Numbered from the stretch's first letter, positions 26,338 through 37,044 are shown. The stretch: 64,000 nt of DNA from an uncultured Candidatus Saccharibacteria bacterium (GCA_964345445.1 CAYFQT010000038.1:30893-94892), one strand, 5' to 3'. Notes: generated by a model from the letters alone, not told the origin. Translations and numbers: made by a program.

Positions 26338-28059
26338 ATGAAAGGATATAAAGAACATACTATCCAACGTCGACGTATTTCTTTTATTCTATCAATAATT
26401 GTTCTTTTAACTTTCTTAGTTATTGGTAAACTTTTTATTATTCAAATAATACAATATGACCATTATACAGCTTTAGCCAAAAATCAACACTGGCTTATTA
26501 AGGAGATTCCAGCCAAACGAGGTAGAATTTTAGTAAAAGATAGATATTCCCAAGAATCTTTTCCTCTGGCTATGAATATAACTCGTTATTTAGTATATGC
26601 TGTTCCAGCACAGATTAAAGATCATAAAGATATAGCTTTGAAATTATCTCCTATATTAGAAATACCTTCTGGGGAAATAGAAGAAAAAATTTCTAATAAA
26701 AAAGATATGTATGTACCTTTAAAACATAAACTGTCTAAAGAAGATATAGAAAAAATTGAGAATTTGAAACTAGAAGGGATTGCTTTTCAATCAGAGAATT
26801 GGCGTTCTTATCCAGAGGGAGAATTAGCCGCTTGTATTTTAGGTTTTGTTGATGCTGAAGGAAATGGAAAATATGGAATTGAAAGTTATTTTAATGAGGA
26901 TTTAAAAGGGGAAACAGGAATTTTAAAAACAGAAAAAGATACCCAAGGAATTCAAATTTTAGTTGGTCAAGAAAATATTTACTCTTCTTCTGATGGCAAT
27001 GATTATGTTTTGACTATTGATCGTACTATTCAACATAAAGTAGAAAATGTGTTAAAAGAACATGTAGAAAAACATGGAGCTAAAGGTGGAAATGCTATTG
27101 TTTTAGATCCCAAAACCGGGGCTGTTTTAGCTATGGCTTGTTACCCTACTTTTGATCCTAATTTTTATTATCAACAGAAAGATTATACGATATTTGAAAA
27201 TACTTGTATTTCTTCGGTTTTTGAGCCAGGTTCTATTTTTAAACCCATTGCTATGGCTGCTGGGTTAGATTTAAATAAAGTTTCTCCGGAAACAACACAT
27301 TACTGCCAGGGTAATGTGGGTGTAGGGGCGGAGATAATTTATACCTCTGACCGTAAAGCTCATGGAACAGAGAATATGATAAAAGTTTTAGAGGAATCTT
27401 GTAATGTCGGCATAATTTTTGTAATAAGACAAATAGGGGGAGAGCAATTTTATAATTATATAAAGAAATTTGGTTTTTCAGAGGCTACAGGAATTGAGTT
27501 AGATGGTGAAATAAAAGCAGATTTGAAGGATATTTCAGAATGGAGAGAAATTAATTTTGCCACTGCTGGTTTTGGTCAAGGGATTGCTGTAACTCCTTTG
27601 CAGATGGTTACATCTATTGCTGCCATAGCCAACGGAGGTAAATTGATGCGTCCTTATATAGTAGATAAGGTTGTTTATTCTCAAGAGCAAAAGGAACCTA
27701 AAGAAACAGAACCCCAGATAATTAGACAAGTTATTTCTGAAGATAAAGCTGAAACATTAATTGCTATGTTAGTTTCTGTTGTTGAGAAAGGACATGGTTA
27801 TCAAGCTAAAATTCCTGGTTATAGGATTGCTGGTAAAACTGGTACAGCGGAAGTACCTGATGAAAAAGGAGGATATGCTTCTGGTAAGACTGTTGGTTCT
27901 TTTATAGGTTTTGGCCCAGTAGATGATCCTCAATTTGTAGTTATGGTAAAAATAGACGAGCCTAAAGGAGTAGCTTGGGCTGAATCAACAGCAACACCTG
28001 CTGTAGGAGAGATTTTAGGTTGGCTTTTTAATTATTATCAAATTCCTCCTTCGGAGTAA
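26338..28059 (+). CDS. ftsI: peptidoglycan D,D-transpeptidase (PBP2/FtsI class)
   Basis: N-terminal TM, SIFK (SxxK), KTGTAE motifs. Confidence 0.9.
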   Translation: MKGYKEHTIQRRRISFILSIIVLLTFLVIGKLFIIQIIQYDHYTALAKNQHWLIKEIPAKRGRILVKDRYSQESFPLAMNITRYLVYAVPAQIKDHKDIALKLSPILEIPSGEIEEKISNKKDMYVPLKHKLSKEDIEKIENLKLEGIAFQSENWRSYPEGELAACILGFVDAEGNGKYGIESYFNEDLKGETGILKTEKDTQGIQILVGQENIYSSSDGNDYVLTIDRTIQHKVENVLKEHVEKHGAKGGNAIVLDPKTGAVLAMACYPTFDPNFYYQQKDYTIFENTCISSVFEPGSIFKPIAMAAGLDLNKVSPETTHYCQGNVGVGAEIIYTSDRKAHGTENMIKVLEESCNVGIIFVIRQIGGEQFYNYIKKFGFSEATGIELDGEIKADLKDISEWREINFATAGFGQGIAVTPLQMVTSIAAIANGGKLMRPYIVDKVVYSQEQKEPKETEPQIIRQVISEDKAETLIAMLVSVVEKGHGYQAKIPGYRIAGKTGTAEVPDEKGGYASGKTVGSFIGFGPVDDPQFVVMVKIDEPKGVAWAESTATPAVGEILGWLFNYYQIPPSE

Positions 28060-28156
28060 TTTGTAGACTGCTTCGCACTAAGCAAATTCCTCCTTCGGAA
28101 TAGTAATGATTTGATGTGTGAATTCATAACCCATTAACTTACCTATAAGGATATTT

Positions 28157-29464
28157 ATGAAGAAAATTCTTAAAAAGAATATTGTTGAGCCTCTTTTTCG
28201 TAGTTTAGCCTTTTTTATGCTTAAAAAACATAAACCAGAAGTTATTGCTATAACTGGAAGTTTAGGAAAAACTTCTGTAAAAGATACTATTGCTTTACTT
28301 TTGTCTCAAAAGTTTACAGTTGGAACTCCTAAAAGAAGTTATAATACTGAAATAGGAGCACCCCTTAGTATATTTAGCCAGGATGTTCCTCATCCTATCA
28401 CTTCATTAGTAGGATGGGTGAGAGTACTAGGAAACTGCTTTTTTCAAATTTTATTTCAAAAAAAATATTATCAGAAAATTATTTTAGAAATGGGGGCAGA
28501 TAAACCAGGAGATATAAAATATTTTACTAGTTTTATAAAACCTCATGTGGCTGTTGTTACAACAGTGGCACCAGTTCACCTTTTGGAATTTAAAGATATA
28601 AATGCTATATCGAAAGAGAAACAGATATTAATAGAAAATTTATCTCCAGATGATTTTGCAGTTTTAAATTATGATGACCAAAGGGTGAGAAATATGGCTG
28701 ATAGTACCTCAGGGAAAGTGGTATTTTTTGGATTAGACGAGAAAGCTAATATATATGCCAGTGATATAGTATCTAGAATAGATGGTTTAGAATTCACTTT
28801 GAATTATAAAAATAAATCAGTTTTTACAAAAATACCTAACATAATTTCCAGACATCAAATTTATATACCCTTAGCTGCAGGAGCTGTAGCTTCAGTTTTT
28901 GGTTTTAGCCTACAAGAAATATCTCAAATTTTACGAAAAATCAAATTACCCCCTGGTCGAATGAATTTAATACCAGGTATAAAAAATAGTTTGATTATTG
29001 ACGATAGTTATAATTCTAATCCACAGGCAGCTTGTGCTGCTCTGGAGACTTTAGCGGAAATCCCTGGGGCAAAAAAAATTGCTGCCTTAGGAACTATGAA
29101 TGAATTAGGAGATTATACAAAAGAAGGGCATAGAAAAGTAGGTAGAAAGGCAGCAAGTGTAGCTGATTTATTAATTACAGTGGGTAAGCCGGCGGAAATA
29201 TTTTTAGCTGATCAAGCTTATAAATCTGGACTTAAGTCTTCACAGATTTTTTCTTTTGAAAATTCACTTAAAGCAGGAGATTTTTTAAAGAACAAAATAA
29301 AAAAGGGGGATATTATTCTAGTTAAAGGTTCTCAAAATAATGTACGTATGGAATGGCTGGTGGAAAAAATTATGAGTGATCCTGAAAAAGCAAAGGATTT
29401 ATTGGTAAGACAAGGACCAGAATGGGACAAGCCCAAAAAATTAAAAGGTTTGCTTAAAAAATAA
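28157..29464 (+). CDS. murF: UDP-MurNAc-tripeptide--D-Ala-D-Ala ligase
   Basis: ITGSLGKTS Mur ligase P-loop; IDDSYNSNP is the MurF signature. Confidence 0.8.
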   Translation: MKKILKKNIVEPLFRSLAFFMLKKHKPEVIAITGSLGKTSVKDTIALLLSQKFTVGTPKRSYNTEIGAPLSIFSQDVPHPITSLVGWVRVLGNCFFQILFQKKYYQKIILEMGADKPGDIKYFTSFIKPHVAVVTTVAPVHLLEFKDINAISKEKQILIENLSPDDFAVLNYDDQRVRNMADSTSGKVVFFGLDEKANIYASDIVSRIDGLEFTLNYKNKSVFTKIPNIISRHQIYIPLAAGAVASVFGFSLQEISQILRKIKLPPGRMNLIPGIKNSLIIDDSYNSNPQAACAALETLAEIPGAKKIAALGTMNELGDYTKEGHRKVGRKAASVADLLITVGKPAEIFLADQAYKSGLKSSQIFSFENSLKAGDFLKNKIKKGDIILVKGSQNNVRMEWLVEKIMSDPEKAKDLLVRQGPEWDKPKKLKGLLKK

Positions 29465-29554
29465 AATGACAAATTATTTAAAATATGCTAAATTAATTAA
29501 AGATTCCCCGTAACCATTAACTAATAACTAATAACTAATAACTAAAGAATCTCT

Positions 29555-30631
29555 ATGGAATATGTACCAACATTAACTAAAATTTTTTTAATATTATCCA
29601 TATCTTTTATAATAGGTATGGCCATAACTCCCTTTTTAAGTTTTATTTTATATAAGTATAAAATAATCCAAGGTCTTAGAAAGACAGCGGTTGATGGGAA
29701 GGGGGTGCCGGTTTTTACTTCTTTGCATAAAAATAAAGCAAATACTCCTACTGCTGGTGGAGTTTTAATTTGGCTTACTGTTTTATTTTTGGCTTTTTTT
29801 ATTCATCTTTTAAAATTAACAACTGGTTTTTGGTTATTTAATTATTTAGATTTTTTAAGCCGTCCACAAACATGGTTGCCTTTATTTACTTTAGTATCTG
29901 CAGGAATTTTAGGATTAGTTGATGATCTTATAAATGTATTTGGTAGGAGTGTACAGAAAGGAATTAGGGTTACTCAGAAGTTTATCTGGCAGGCAATCAT
30001 TGCTTTAGGAGGAGCTTGGTGGTTTTATTATAAATTAGATTGGACAGTTATTCATATTCCCGGGGGTAATTATTTTGGCTTGCCATATAATATAGATATT
30101 GGTTTTTTATATATTCCTTTATTTATTTTAGTAATTATTGCTTGTGCTAATGCTGTAAACATTACTGATGGTTTGGATGGTTTAGCTGGAGGGGTGGCAG
30201 GGACAACTTTTGGAGCTTATGCAGTTATTGCTTTTGTTCAGGGTAAGATAGAATTGGCTGCTTTTTGTGGAGCTATCTTAGGAGTGCTTTTAGCTTTTCT
30301 GTGGTTTAATATTTATCCAGCTAGATTTTTTATGGGAGATTCAGGATCTTTAGCTTTAGGAGCTACCTTAGGCGTTGTTGCTCTTTTAACTAATTCTGTA
30401 ATTGTTTTACCTATTATTGGTTTTATATTTGTTATTGAAACTTTTTCTTCTATAATTCAAATTTTATCTAAAAGATTTAGAGGGGGGAAACAAATATTCA
30501 AGTGTGCTCCTTTGCATCATCATTTTGAAGCAGTAGGTTGGCCAGAGCCCAAAGTTACTATGCGATTTTGGGTGGTATCTGCTATTTTTGCTGGAATTGG
30601 ATTAATAATTGGACTAATTGGGATGGGATAA
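29555..30631 (+). CDS. mraY: phospho-N-acetylmuramoyl-pentapeptide transferase
   Basis: NAVNITDGLDGLAGG motif, 10 TM helices. Confidence 0.93.
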   Translation: MEYVPTLTKIFLILSISFIIGMAITPFLSFILYKYKIIQGLRKTAVDGKGVPVFTSLHKNKANTPTAGGVLIWLTVLFLAFFIHLLKLTTGFWLFNYLDFLSRPQTWLPLFTLVSAGILGLVDDLINVFGRSVQKGIRVTQKFIWQAIIALGGAWWFYYKLDWTVIHIPGGNYFGLPYNIDIGFLYIPLFILVIIACANAVNITDGLDGLAGGVAGTTFGAYAVIAFVQGKIELAAFCGAILGVLLAFLWFNIYPARFFMGDSGSLALGATLGVVALLTNSVIVLPIIGFIFVIETFSSIIQILSKRFRGGKQIFKCAPLHHHFEAVGWPEPKVTMRFWVVSAIFAGIGLIIGLIGMG

Positions 30632-30633
30632 AA

Positions 30634-32049
30634 ATGAAAAATTATTTATATAGATTTAAAAAGAAAAAAATCGCAATAGTGGGATTGGCAAAAAGTAATG
30701 TTCCTTTAATACATTTTTTACTTAAGGAAGGAATTGATAACATTACTGGTTGTGACAAAAAAGTTGAAAAAGAACTAGAAGTATTTAGTGAACTTTCAAA
30801 AATACCTATTGAATTATCCTTAGGTAGAAAATATTTGGAAGATTTACACAAGTTTGATGTGATATTTTTATCCCCTGGTGTTCCTAAAGATTTAAAAGAA
30901 ATAAAAAAAGCAAAAATTTATGGGGCTGAGATTACAAGTGAAATGAAATTGTTTTTTGATTTATGTCCGGCTGAAATTGTGGGTGTAACAGGAACAAATG
31001 GAAAATCAACAACGGTAGCATTGATAGGAGAAATATTAAAAAAATTAAAAATCAAGAAGCCAGAGGCGCCGACAACAAATAAAAAATCAAAAATATTTAT
31101 TGGGGGGAATATTGGTCAACCTTTGATTGATAAGTTAGAGAAAATCCAAAAAAAAGATCTTGTTGTTTTGGAACTTTCTTCTTTCCAATTAGAAGATTTA
31201 GCAAAGAGTCCTCATATTGCTGTAATTTTGAACATTACCCCAGATCATTTAAATCGTCATTATAAATTTTCTGATTACATTAAAGCCAAAAAAAATATTA
31301 TCAAATTTCAGAAGAAAGATGACTGGGCAATATTAAACTTTGATGATGAAATTGTTAAAAATTTTCCAAAAGACTACAAAGGAAAAGTTTTTCCTTTTAG
31401 TATAAATAAAAAATTTAAAAAAGGTGTCCAGATAGAAAATGGCTACATTACAGTAAAAAATGGTATATCTGAACAAAAAATTTGTTCAAAAAGTAGATTA
31501 AAACTTTTAGGTGGGCATAATCTGGAAAATGTATTATCTGCAACAGCTGTAGCATATTTAATAGGGGTAGAGCCTGAACAAATCAAAGAAGTTATAACTG
31601 GTTTTTCTGGTTTAGAACACAGATTAGAATTTGTATCCGAAATAAATAGAGTGAAATTTTATAATGATTCCAAAGCCACAACCTGTGAGTCTACAATTGT
31701 TGCCCTAAGATCTTTTGATTGTGGAAAAATAATTTTAATTGCTGGAGGATATGACAAGAAAGCAGATTTTTCTAAATTAGCATGTGAAATTATTAATAGC
31801 AAAGTTAAACATCTTATTTTAATAGGGGAGACTAGTGATAAAATTGCTCAAGCAATTTTACAAATCTCAAATCTCAAATCTCAAATCTCAAAATGTAAGA
31901 CTTTAAAAGAAGCAGTAAAGTTATCTAAAAAAATAAGTCAATCGGGTGACATCATTCTTCTTTCTCCAGCTTGTGCTTCTTATGATATGTTTTTAAATTT
32001 TGAAGAAAGAGGAAAGAAATTTAAACAATTGGTTAAGAAAGAGAAATAA
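30634..32049 (+). CDS. murD: UDP-MurNAc-L-Ala--D-Glu ligase
   Basis: GVTGTNGKSTT. The ORF track starts at 30538 inside mraY; MKNYLYRFKKKKIAIVG at 30634 is the likely start. Confidence 0.9.
   Translation: MKNYLYRFKKKKIAIVGLAKSNVPLIHFLLKEGIDNITGCDKKVEKELEVFSELSKIPIELSLGRKYLEDLHKFDVIFLSPGVPKDLKEIKKAKIYGAEITSEMKLFFDLCPAEIVGVTGTNGKSTTVALIGEILKKLKIKKPEAPTTNKKSKIFIGGNIGQPLIDKLEKIQKKDLVVLELSSFQLEDLAKSPHIAVILNITPDHLNRHYKFSDYIKAKKNIIKFQKKDDWAILNFDDEIVKNFPKDYKGKVFPFSINKKFKKGVQIENGYITVKNGISEQKICSKSRLKLLGGHNLENVLSATAVAYLIGVEPEQIKEVITGFSGLEHRLEFVSEINRVKFYNDSKATTCESTIVALRSFDCGKIILIAGGYDKKADFSKLACEIINSKVKHLILIGETSDKIAQAILQISNLKSQISKCKTLKEAVKLSKKISQSGDIILLSPACASYDMFLNFEERGKKFKQLVKKEK
31861..31888 (+). repeat. 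tandem heptanucleotide repeat (CAAATCT)x4 inside murD
   Basis: Exact 7-nt unit x4 encoding QISNLKSQISK near the MurD C-terminus. Confidence 0.8.
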
Positions 32050-32050
32050 T

Positions 32051-33163
32051 ATGCCCAAAGAAAAAAGAAAGCTTCATAAACCAGATTATATTTTAGCTGT
32101 TGTTGTATTTATTTTGATTATTTTTGGCTTGATTATGATTTTTTCTGCTTCACCAGTTATCTCTTATACCCAAACAGGCTCTCCTTATTACTTCTTCTGG
32201 CGACAGACTATAGCCTTAGCAGTGGGAATTATAGTTTGGGTTATTTGCTATTTAATTGATTATCATTTTTGGAAAAAAATTGCTTTGCCTCTTTTGATTT
32301 TAACTATCATTCTTTTGACAGCTATATTTATACCTCAATTGAAAGTTTGTACTGAAGAAGAAGTTTGCAGATGGATTCGTATTGGCCCAATATCATTACA
32401 GCCAGCCGAGATAGCTAAACTTACTTTTATTTTATATTTAGCGGCTTGGCTGGAAAAAAGAGGACAATATATCCGTAAATTCGTTTATGGATTTTTGCCT
32501 TTTATGATAGTATTGGGTATTATTACTTACCTAATAATGTCTGAGCCTGATTTAGGAACTATGTCAGTTATTGTGATAACAGGAATATCAATGTTTTTTG
32601 TTGCCGGTGCTTCATTACCTTATTTGATATTAGGAGGAGCTTTTGGTTGTGGTATTTTGTGGTTTTTGATTAAAAATGCTCCTTATAGAATGGAGAGATT
32701 AATGGTTTATTTAGACCCTTCAAAAGATCCACAAGGTATAGGTTACCATATCAATCAGGCTCTCTTGGCTGTTGGTTCTGGTGGAATTTTAGGATTAGGT
32801 TTTGGTCAAAGTCGTCAAAAATATAATTACTTACCTCATGCCGAAGGCGACTCTATTTTTGCTATTATTGGTGAAGAATTAGGATTTATAAGATCTTCCT
32901 TGATAATTATTATATTTTTAATTTTAGCTTGGCGAGGATTTCAAATTGCTCGTAAGGCCCCAGATATTTTTGGCAGATTAGTGGCTTGTGGAATTACTTC
33001 TTGGCTTATTTTCCAAGCTTTAATTAATATTACTGCTATGGTTGGTTTAGTTCCTTTAACAGGGATTACTTTGCCATTTATAAGTCATGGAGGGACTTCA
33101 TTAGTGATTTCTTTAGCGGGTATTGGAATTTTACTTAATATTTCTCGACAGACTGTAAGATAA
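32051..33163 (+). CDS. ftsW: SEDS-family peptidoglycan glycosyltransferase FtsW
   Basis: FtsW/RodA family, 10 TM helices. The ORF track starts at 32000; the Met at 32051 follows the murD stop. Confidence 0.9.
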   Translation: MPKEKRKLHKPDYILAVVVFILIIFGLIMIFSASPVISYTQTGSPYYFFWRQTIALAVGIIVWVICYLIDYHFWKKIALPLLILTIILLTAIFIPQLKVCTEEEVCRWIRIGPISLQPAEIAKLTFILYLAAWLEKRGQYIRKFVYGFLPFMIVLGIITYLIMSEPDLGTMSVIVITGISMFFVAGASLPYLILGGAFGCGILWFLIKNAPYRMERLMVYLDPSKDPQGIGYHINQALLAVGSGGILGLGFGQSRQKYNYLPHAEGDSIFAIIGEELGFIRSSLIIIIFLILAWRGFQIARKAPDIFGRLVACGITSWLIFQALINITAMVGLVPLTGITLPFISHGGTSLVISLAGIGILLNISRQTVR

Positions 33164-33238
33164 AAGTAATAGGAATTTTTGCCACGAAAACACCCCGAAC
33201 AACTCATTATATTCGTATACGGGGTAGGCGCAGTTGGC

Positions 33239-33334
33239 TATAATCGCTCAGGGAACCAAAAATTTGCTTCTGCGGAACTCGCTCGCTTACGCTCGCTCAA
33301 ACAGTCCTCGTGCGCAAATTTTATTCCCTTCGCT
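33239..33334 (+). ncRNA. conserved structured leader element, copy Y (between ftsW and murG)
   Basis: The same 5' TATAATCGCTCAGGGAACCAAAAATTTGCTTCTGC and 3' CCTCGTGCGCAAATTTTATTCCCTTCGCTT blocks as copy X, with a different core (CGCTCGCTTACGCTCGCTC). Confidence 0.5.
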
Positions 33335-33347
33335 TGCCGGAGTTTAT

Positions 33348-33380
33348 CCTCCGATGTTCATCGGGGGAAAGACTTTTTTC
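33348..33380 (+). terminator. intrinsic terminator/attenuator between ftsW and murG
   Basis: CCTCCGAT-GTTC-ATCGGGGG hairpin followed by AAAGACTTTTTTC. Confidence 0.45.
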
Positions 33381-33416
33381 AGGGGTGCTCTCAAACAAAA
33401 AAGGAGTATTAATTTA

Positions 33417-34523
33417 ATGAGAATCATAGTCACTGGGGGAGGGACAGCTGGACATATTTATCCTGCTTTAGCTACAGCCAAGGAATTAAAAAGAAAGGAA
33501 CCTAAAGCTTCTTTTTTATATATTGGCTCAAGAAATAAAAAAGAGAAGGAAATAGTACAAAAATCTAGTGTCCCTTATAGGAGTATTTATACTGGAAAGT
33601 TTAGAAGATACTGGAAGGAGGATTTTTTATCCTTTTTTCAAAATTTAATTGATATTTTTTTTATTATAATTGGGATTTTTCAATCACTGTGGATTATAGG
33701 TAGAGAAAGACCGAATGTGATTTTTTCCAAAGGCGGTTATGTGGGTTTACCTCCTATATTAGCAGGATGGATTCTAAGAATTCCATGTATAGTTCATGAA
33801 TCTGATGCGCAGGTAGGTTTAGCTAATAAAATATCCCTCTATTTTTGTGAAAAAATTGCTATTTCTTTTCCCCCAGAGGTTTTTCCTACCCTTCCTGTTT
33901 CTAAAGTAATTTTTACAGGAAATCCTACAAGAGAAGAGATTATAAAAGGGGACCCAGAGAAGGCACTAAGAATTTTTAAGTTAGAATCTGATTTGCCAGT
34001 TATTCTGGTTACTGGTGGAAGCCAGGGGGCTTCCAAGATTAATAAAGCAATATCCCAATCACTTCCAAATTTACTTCCTGTATGTCAAATAATTCATCTT
34101 TGTGGCGAGAAAGATTTAAGTTGGCTTCAGTCAATAAGGTCTCATTTTGATTTAAAGATGCAGAAGAGATATTATTTGGCAGGTTATCTTAAAGAAGAAA
34201 TGAAGGATGCATTGGCAAAAGCTGACTTGGTAATTTCTAGGGCAGGGGCTAATATTTTATCGGAGATTAGTTTATTAGGTAAACCGGTTATACTGATACC
34301 GCTTTTAGGACATCAATATAAAAATGCTCAATTTTTCCAGAGGAATAAAGCAGCAATTGTTATTAAAAACGAAAAACTTAATTCTCCAATTTTAATTAAA
34401 ACTATTTTAAATTTATTAAAAAGTCCTCAGCAGTTGGATATATTGAGTAAAAATATAAAAAATTTAGCTGAGCCTGAAGCAGCTTCTATCTTGGCTGAGG
34501 AGATTTTAAAAATTGCTAAATAA
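33417..34523 (+). CDS. murG: UDP-GlcNAc:undecaprenyl-PP-MurNAc-pentapeptide GlcNAc transferase
   Basis: MRIIVTGGGTAGHIYPALA N-terminus with AAGGAG SD 8 nt upstream. The ORF track's upstream extension (from 33234) covers the non-coding Y element. Confidence 0.9.
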   Translation: MRIIVTGGGTAGHIYPALATAKELKRKEPKASFLYIGSRNKKEKEIVQKSSVPYRSIYTGKFRRYWKEDFLSFFQNLIDIFFIIIGIFQSLWIIGRERPNVIFSKGGYVGLPPILAGWILRIPCIVHESDAQVGLANKISLYFCEKIAISFPPEVFPTLPVSKVIFTGNPTREEIIKGDPEKALRIFKLESDLPVILVTGGSQGASKINKAISQSLPNLLPVCQIIHLCGEKDLSWLQSIRSHFDLKMQKRYYLAGYLKEEMKDALAKADLVISRAGANILSEISLLGKPVILIPLLGHQYKNAQFFQRNKAAIVIKNEKLNSPILIKTILNLLKSPQQLDILSKNIKNLAEPEAASILAEEILKIAK

Positions 34524-34665
34524 TATGAAGGTTGTTAATGTTGCACTAAGCAGGTTATGAAATATGAAAGTCGGTTATCGTTGTTGGAAAAATGATACTT
34601 CTTTCCTTTTTTATTTTTTTCACTAGTATATACTAATTTATTAATTTTATTAATGAGAGTAATCA

Positions 34666-36051
34666 ATGGTTAAAGATTCTAAATATTATCATATGGTGGG
34701 AATAAAAGGGGTAGGGATGTCTGCCTTGGCTCAAATTTTAAAATCCCAAGGCGTAAGATTAACCGGTTCTGATGTAAATGAAGTTTTTTTTACTGATAAA
34801 ATTTTAAAAGATTTAAAAATTCCTGTTTTCTCGGGATTTAAAGCAGAAAATATAGGAAAACCTGATTTAGTAATATCTTCAGCTGCCTATGGTAAGGATA
34901 ATCCAGAAATTACTGAGGCTAAAAGAAAAGGTGTTAAAGTTCTCTCGTACCCTCAAATGTTAGGGGAGTTGACAAAGGATAAAAAGAATGTTGCTATCTG
35001 TGGCACCCATGGCAAGACAACAACAACAGCTTTAGCTGGTTTATTATTGGAGAAAGCTAAATTTGATCCCACTGTTGTTGTTGGAAGTTATGTTGATGAT
35101 TTTTCAGGGAATGCTCGGATAGGGAAAAGTAATTGGTTTGTGATTGAGGCTTGTGAATATATGCGACATTTCCTAAATTATAATCCTTATATTGTAATTT
35201 TAACATCGCTTGAGATGGATCATCCTGATTATTATAAAAATATTGATGATATAAAAAGAGCTTTTAGTCAATTTGTAAATAAATTATCCCAAGATGGACT
35301 TTTAGTTTATTGTGGCGATGATAAAAATGCCAGCGAGGTATCCCAAAGAGCAAGATGCCCAACTTTATCTTATGGATTTTCTGATAAAGTGAATGTTCAA
35401 GCCAAGAATATTAATACCAAAGAGAAAAATATTAATTTTAATGTTATATCATCAGGTGAAAAAATAGGAAAATTTAGTTTACAAATTCCAGGTGAGCACA
35501 ATGTATTAAATTCTTTGGCAATAATTGCTTTGGGGTTAAAGCTAGATATTAATAAAAAAATTATAAGTCAAACTTTGGCTTCTTATTCTGGGATTAAAAG
35601 AAGGTTTGAGACAATAGGAGAAGTAAATAATATTAAGGTTATTGATGATTACGCTCATCATCCTTCTGAGATTAAAGCAACTCTGGCGGGAGCAAGGAAA
35701 TTTTATCCCAAAAATAGAATTTGGGTCGTCTTCCAACCACATACTTTTTCTCGCACAAAAGAATTACTTTCTGAATTTAGCCAAAGTTTTGCAGATTCTG
35801 ATTATGTTATAATAGCTGATATTTTTTCATCAGCTCGCGAGAAAGATACTGGCAGCATTCATTCTAAAGATATTGTAGCCGGAGCTCAAAAATATCATAA
35901 AAGTGTGCAATATATAGGTGATCTTTCTGATATAGAAGATTATCTAAAAGACAAACTTCAGGAAGGGAATGTTTTAATCACCATGGGCGCAGGTAGCATA
36001 TATAAAGTAGGGGAGGGGTTGTTGAAGAAATTAAGAGGTAAAAGATATTAG
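34666..36051 (+). CDS. murC: UDP-N-acetylmuramate--L-alanine ligase
   Basis: MVGIKGVGMSALA N-terminus, GTHGKTTTTAL. Confidence 0.9.
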   Translation: MVKDSKYYHMVGIKGVGMSALAQILKSQGVRLTGSDVNEVFFTDKILKDLKIPVFSGFKAENIGKPDLVISSAAYGKDNPEITEAKRKGVKVLSYPQMLGELTKDKKNVAICGTHGKTTTTALAGLLLEKAKFDPTVVVGSYVDDFSGNARIGKSNWFVIEACEYMRHFLNYNPYIVILTSLEMDHPDYYKNIDDIKRAFSQFVNKLSQDGLLVYCGDDKNASEVSQRARCPTLSYGFSDKVNVQAKNINTKEKNINFNVISSGEKIGKFSLQIPGEHNVLNSLAIIALGLKLDINKKIISQTLASYSGIKRRFETIGEVNNIKVIDDYAHHPSEIKATLAGARKFYPKNRIWVVFQPHTFSRTKELLSEFSQSFADSDYVIIADIFSSAREKDTGSIHSKDIVAGAQKYHKSVQYIGDLSDIEDYLKDKLQEGNVLITMGAGSIYKVGEGLLKKLRGKRY

Positions 36052-36102
36052 TTAGTTTGTAAGTTACTAAGGTGCTAAGTTAGTAAGGTAGTAAAGATTT
36101 GT

Positions 36103-37011
36103 ATGAATAAATATGAAAAATTTAAAAATGAGTTGGGAAAGCCGGTTTTGGAGAAGGAGAAGTTAGCCGGTTATACTGCATTTAAAATTGGTGGGCCGGC
36201 GGATTTGTTTTTCAAAGCCACAAATAACAATGATTTAGTAAAAGCAGTAAAATTGGCTATAAAATATAAAATTCCTTATATAGTCTTAGGGCAGGGGAGT
36301 AATGTTTTAATTTCTGATTCTGGATTTCGGGGTTTGATAATTAAAAATAGTTGCCAAGATTTTAGAATAGAAAATAATAAAATTATCGCCTCATCTGGCG
36401 CTAAACTCTTTAATATTGTGCGACATTGCGCAGAAAAGAATTTAGGAGGGATAGAATTTTTGGCCAATATCCCAGGAACAATAGGTGGGGCAGTATATGG
36501 AAATGCTGGAAGTTACAGGAAAGATAATAAAAAATCTATTGCTGATGTATTAATTGAAGCAAAGATATTAAGGAAAGACGGTAAAATTAAAAAAGTAAAA
36601 AAAGATTATTTTGATTTTGACTATCGTAAAAGTAAGCTTATGGAGACTAAAGAATTGGTAATTGAGATTACTTTAGAATGTGAAGGAAGAGATAAAGATG
36701 AAGTTTTACATTTGATTAAAGAAGATATTAATAAAAGAATTAAAAAATATCCTTCATATCCTTTTCCTGGAAGTTTTTTCAAAAACCCTTCTGGCAAATA
36801 TGCTGGACAATTAATAGATGAAGCCGGTCTTGTAGGAAAAAAAATAGGTGGGGCAATGGTGTCACATGAGCATGGTAATTTTATAGTGAATACAGGTGGA
36901 GCAAAAGCTGCTGATATAAAAAAATTAGCCCGGAAGATAAAAAAAGAAGTTTATGATAAATTTGGAATAAAATTAGAAGAAGAAATTCAATATATTGGAG
37001 AGTTTAAATAA
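36103..37011 (+). CDS. murB: UDP-N-acetylenolpyruvoylglucosamine reductase
   Basis: FKIGGPADLF FAD-binding region, 302 aa. Confidence 0.9.
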   Translation: MNKYEKFKNELGKPVLEKEKLAGYTAFKIGGPADLFFKATNNNDLVKAVKLAIKYKIPYIVLGQGSNVLISDSGFRGLIIKNSCQDFRIENNKIIASSGAKLFNIVRHCAEKNLGGIEFLANIPGTIGGAVYGNAGSYRKDNKKSIADVLIEAKILRKDGKIKKVKKDYFDFDYRKSKLMETKELVIEITLECEGRDKDEVLHLIKEDINKRIKKYPSYPFPGSFFKNPSGKYAGQLIDEAGLVGKKIGGAMVSHEHGNFIVNTGGAKAADIKKLARKIKKEVYDKFGIKLEEEIQYIGEFK

Positions 37012-37044
37012 AAGGAGTATATTATAATAGAAAGAAAGGAAATT

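Noticed and set aside
31861-31888. CRISPR array
   Set aside because: Only a 7-nt microsatellite inside murD. No repeat-spacer architecture anywhere in the window.
33179-33412. 77-aa plus-strand ORF and the 5' extension of the murG ORF (33234 onwards)
   Set aside because: This stretch is the conserved non-coding Y element plus terminator. murG has a clean SD and a canonical MRIIVTGGGTAGH start at 33417.
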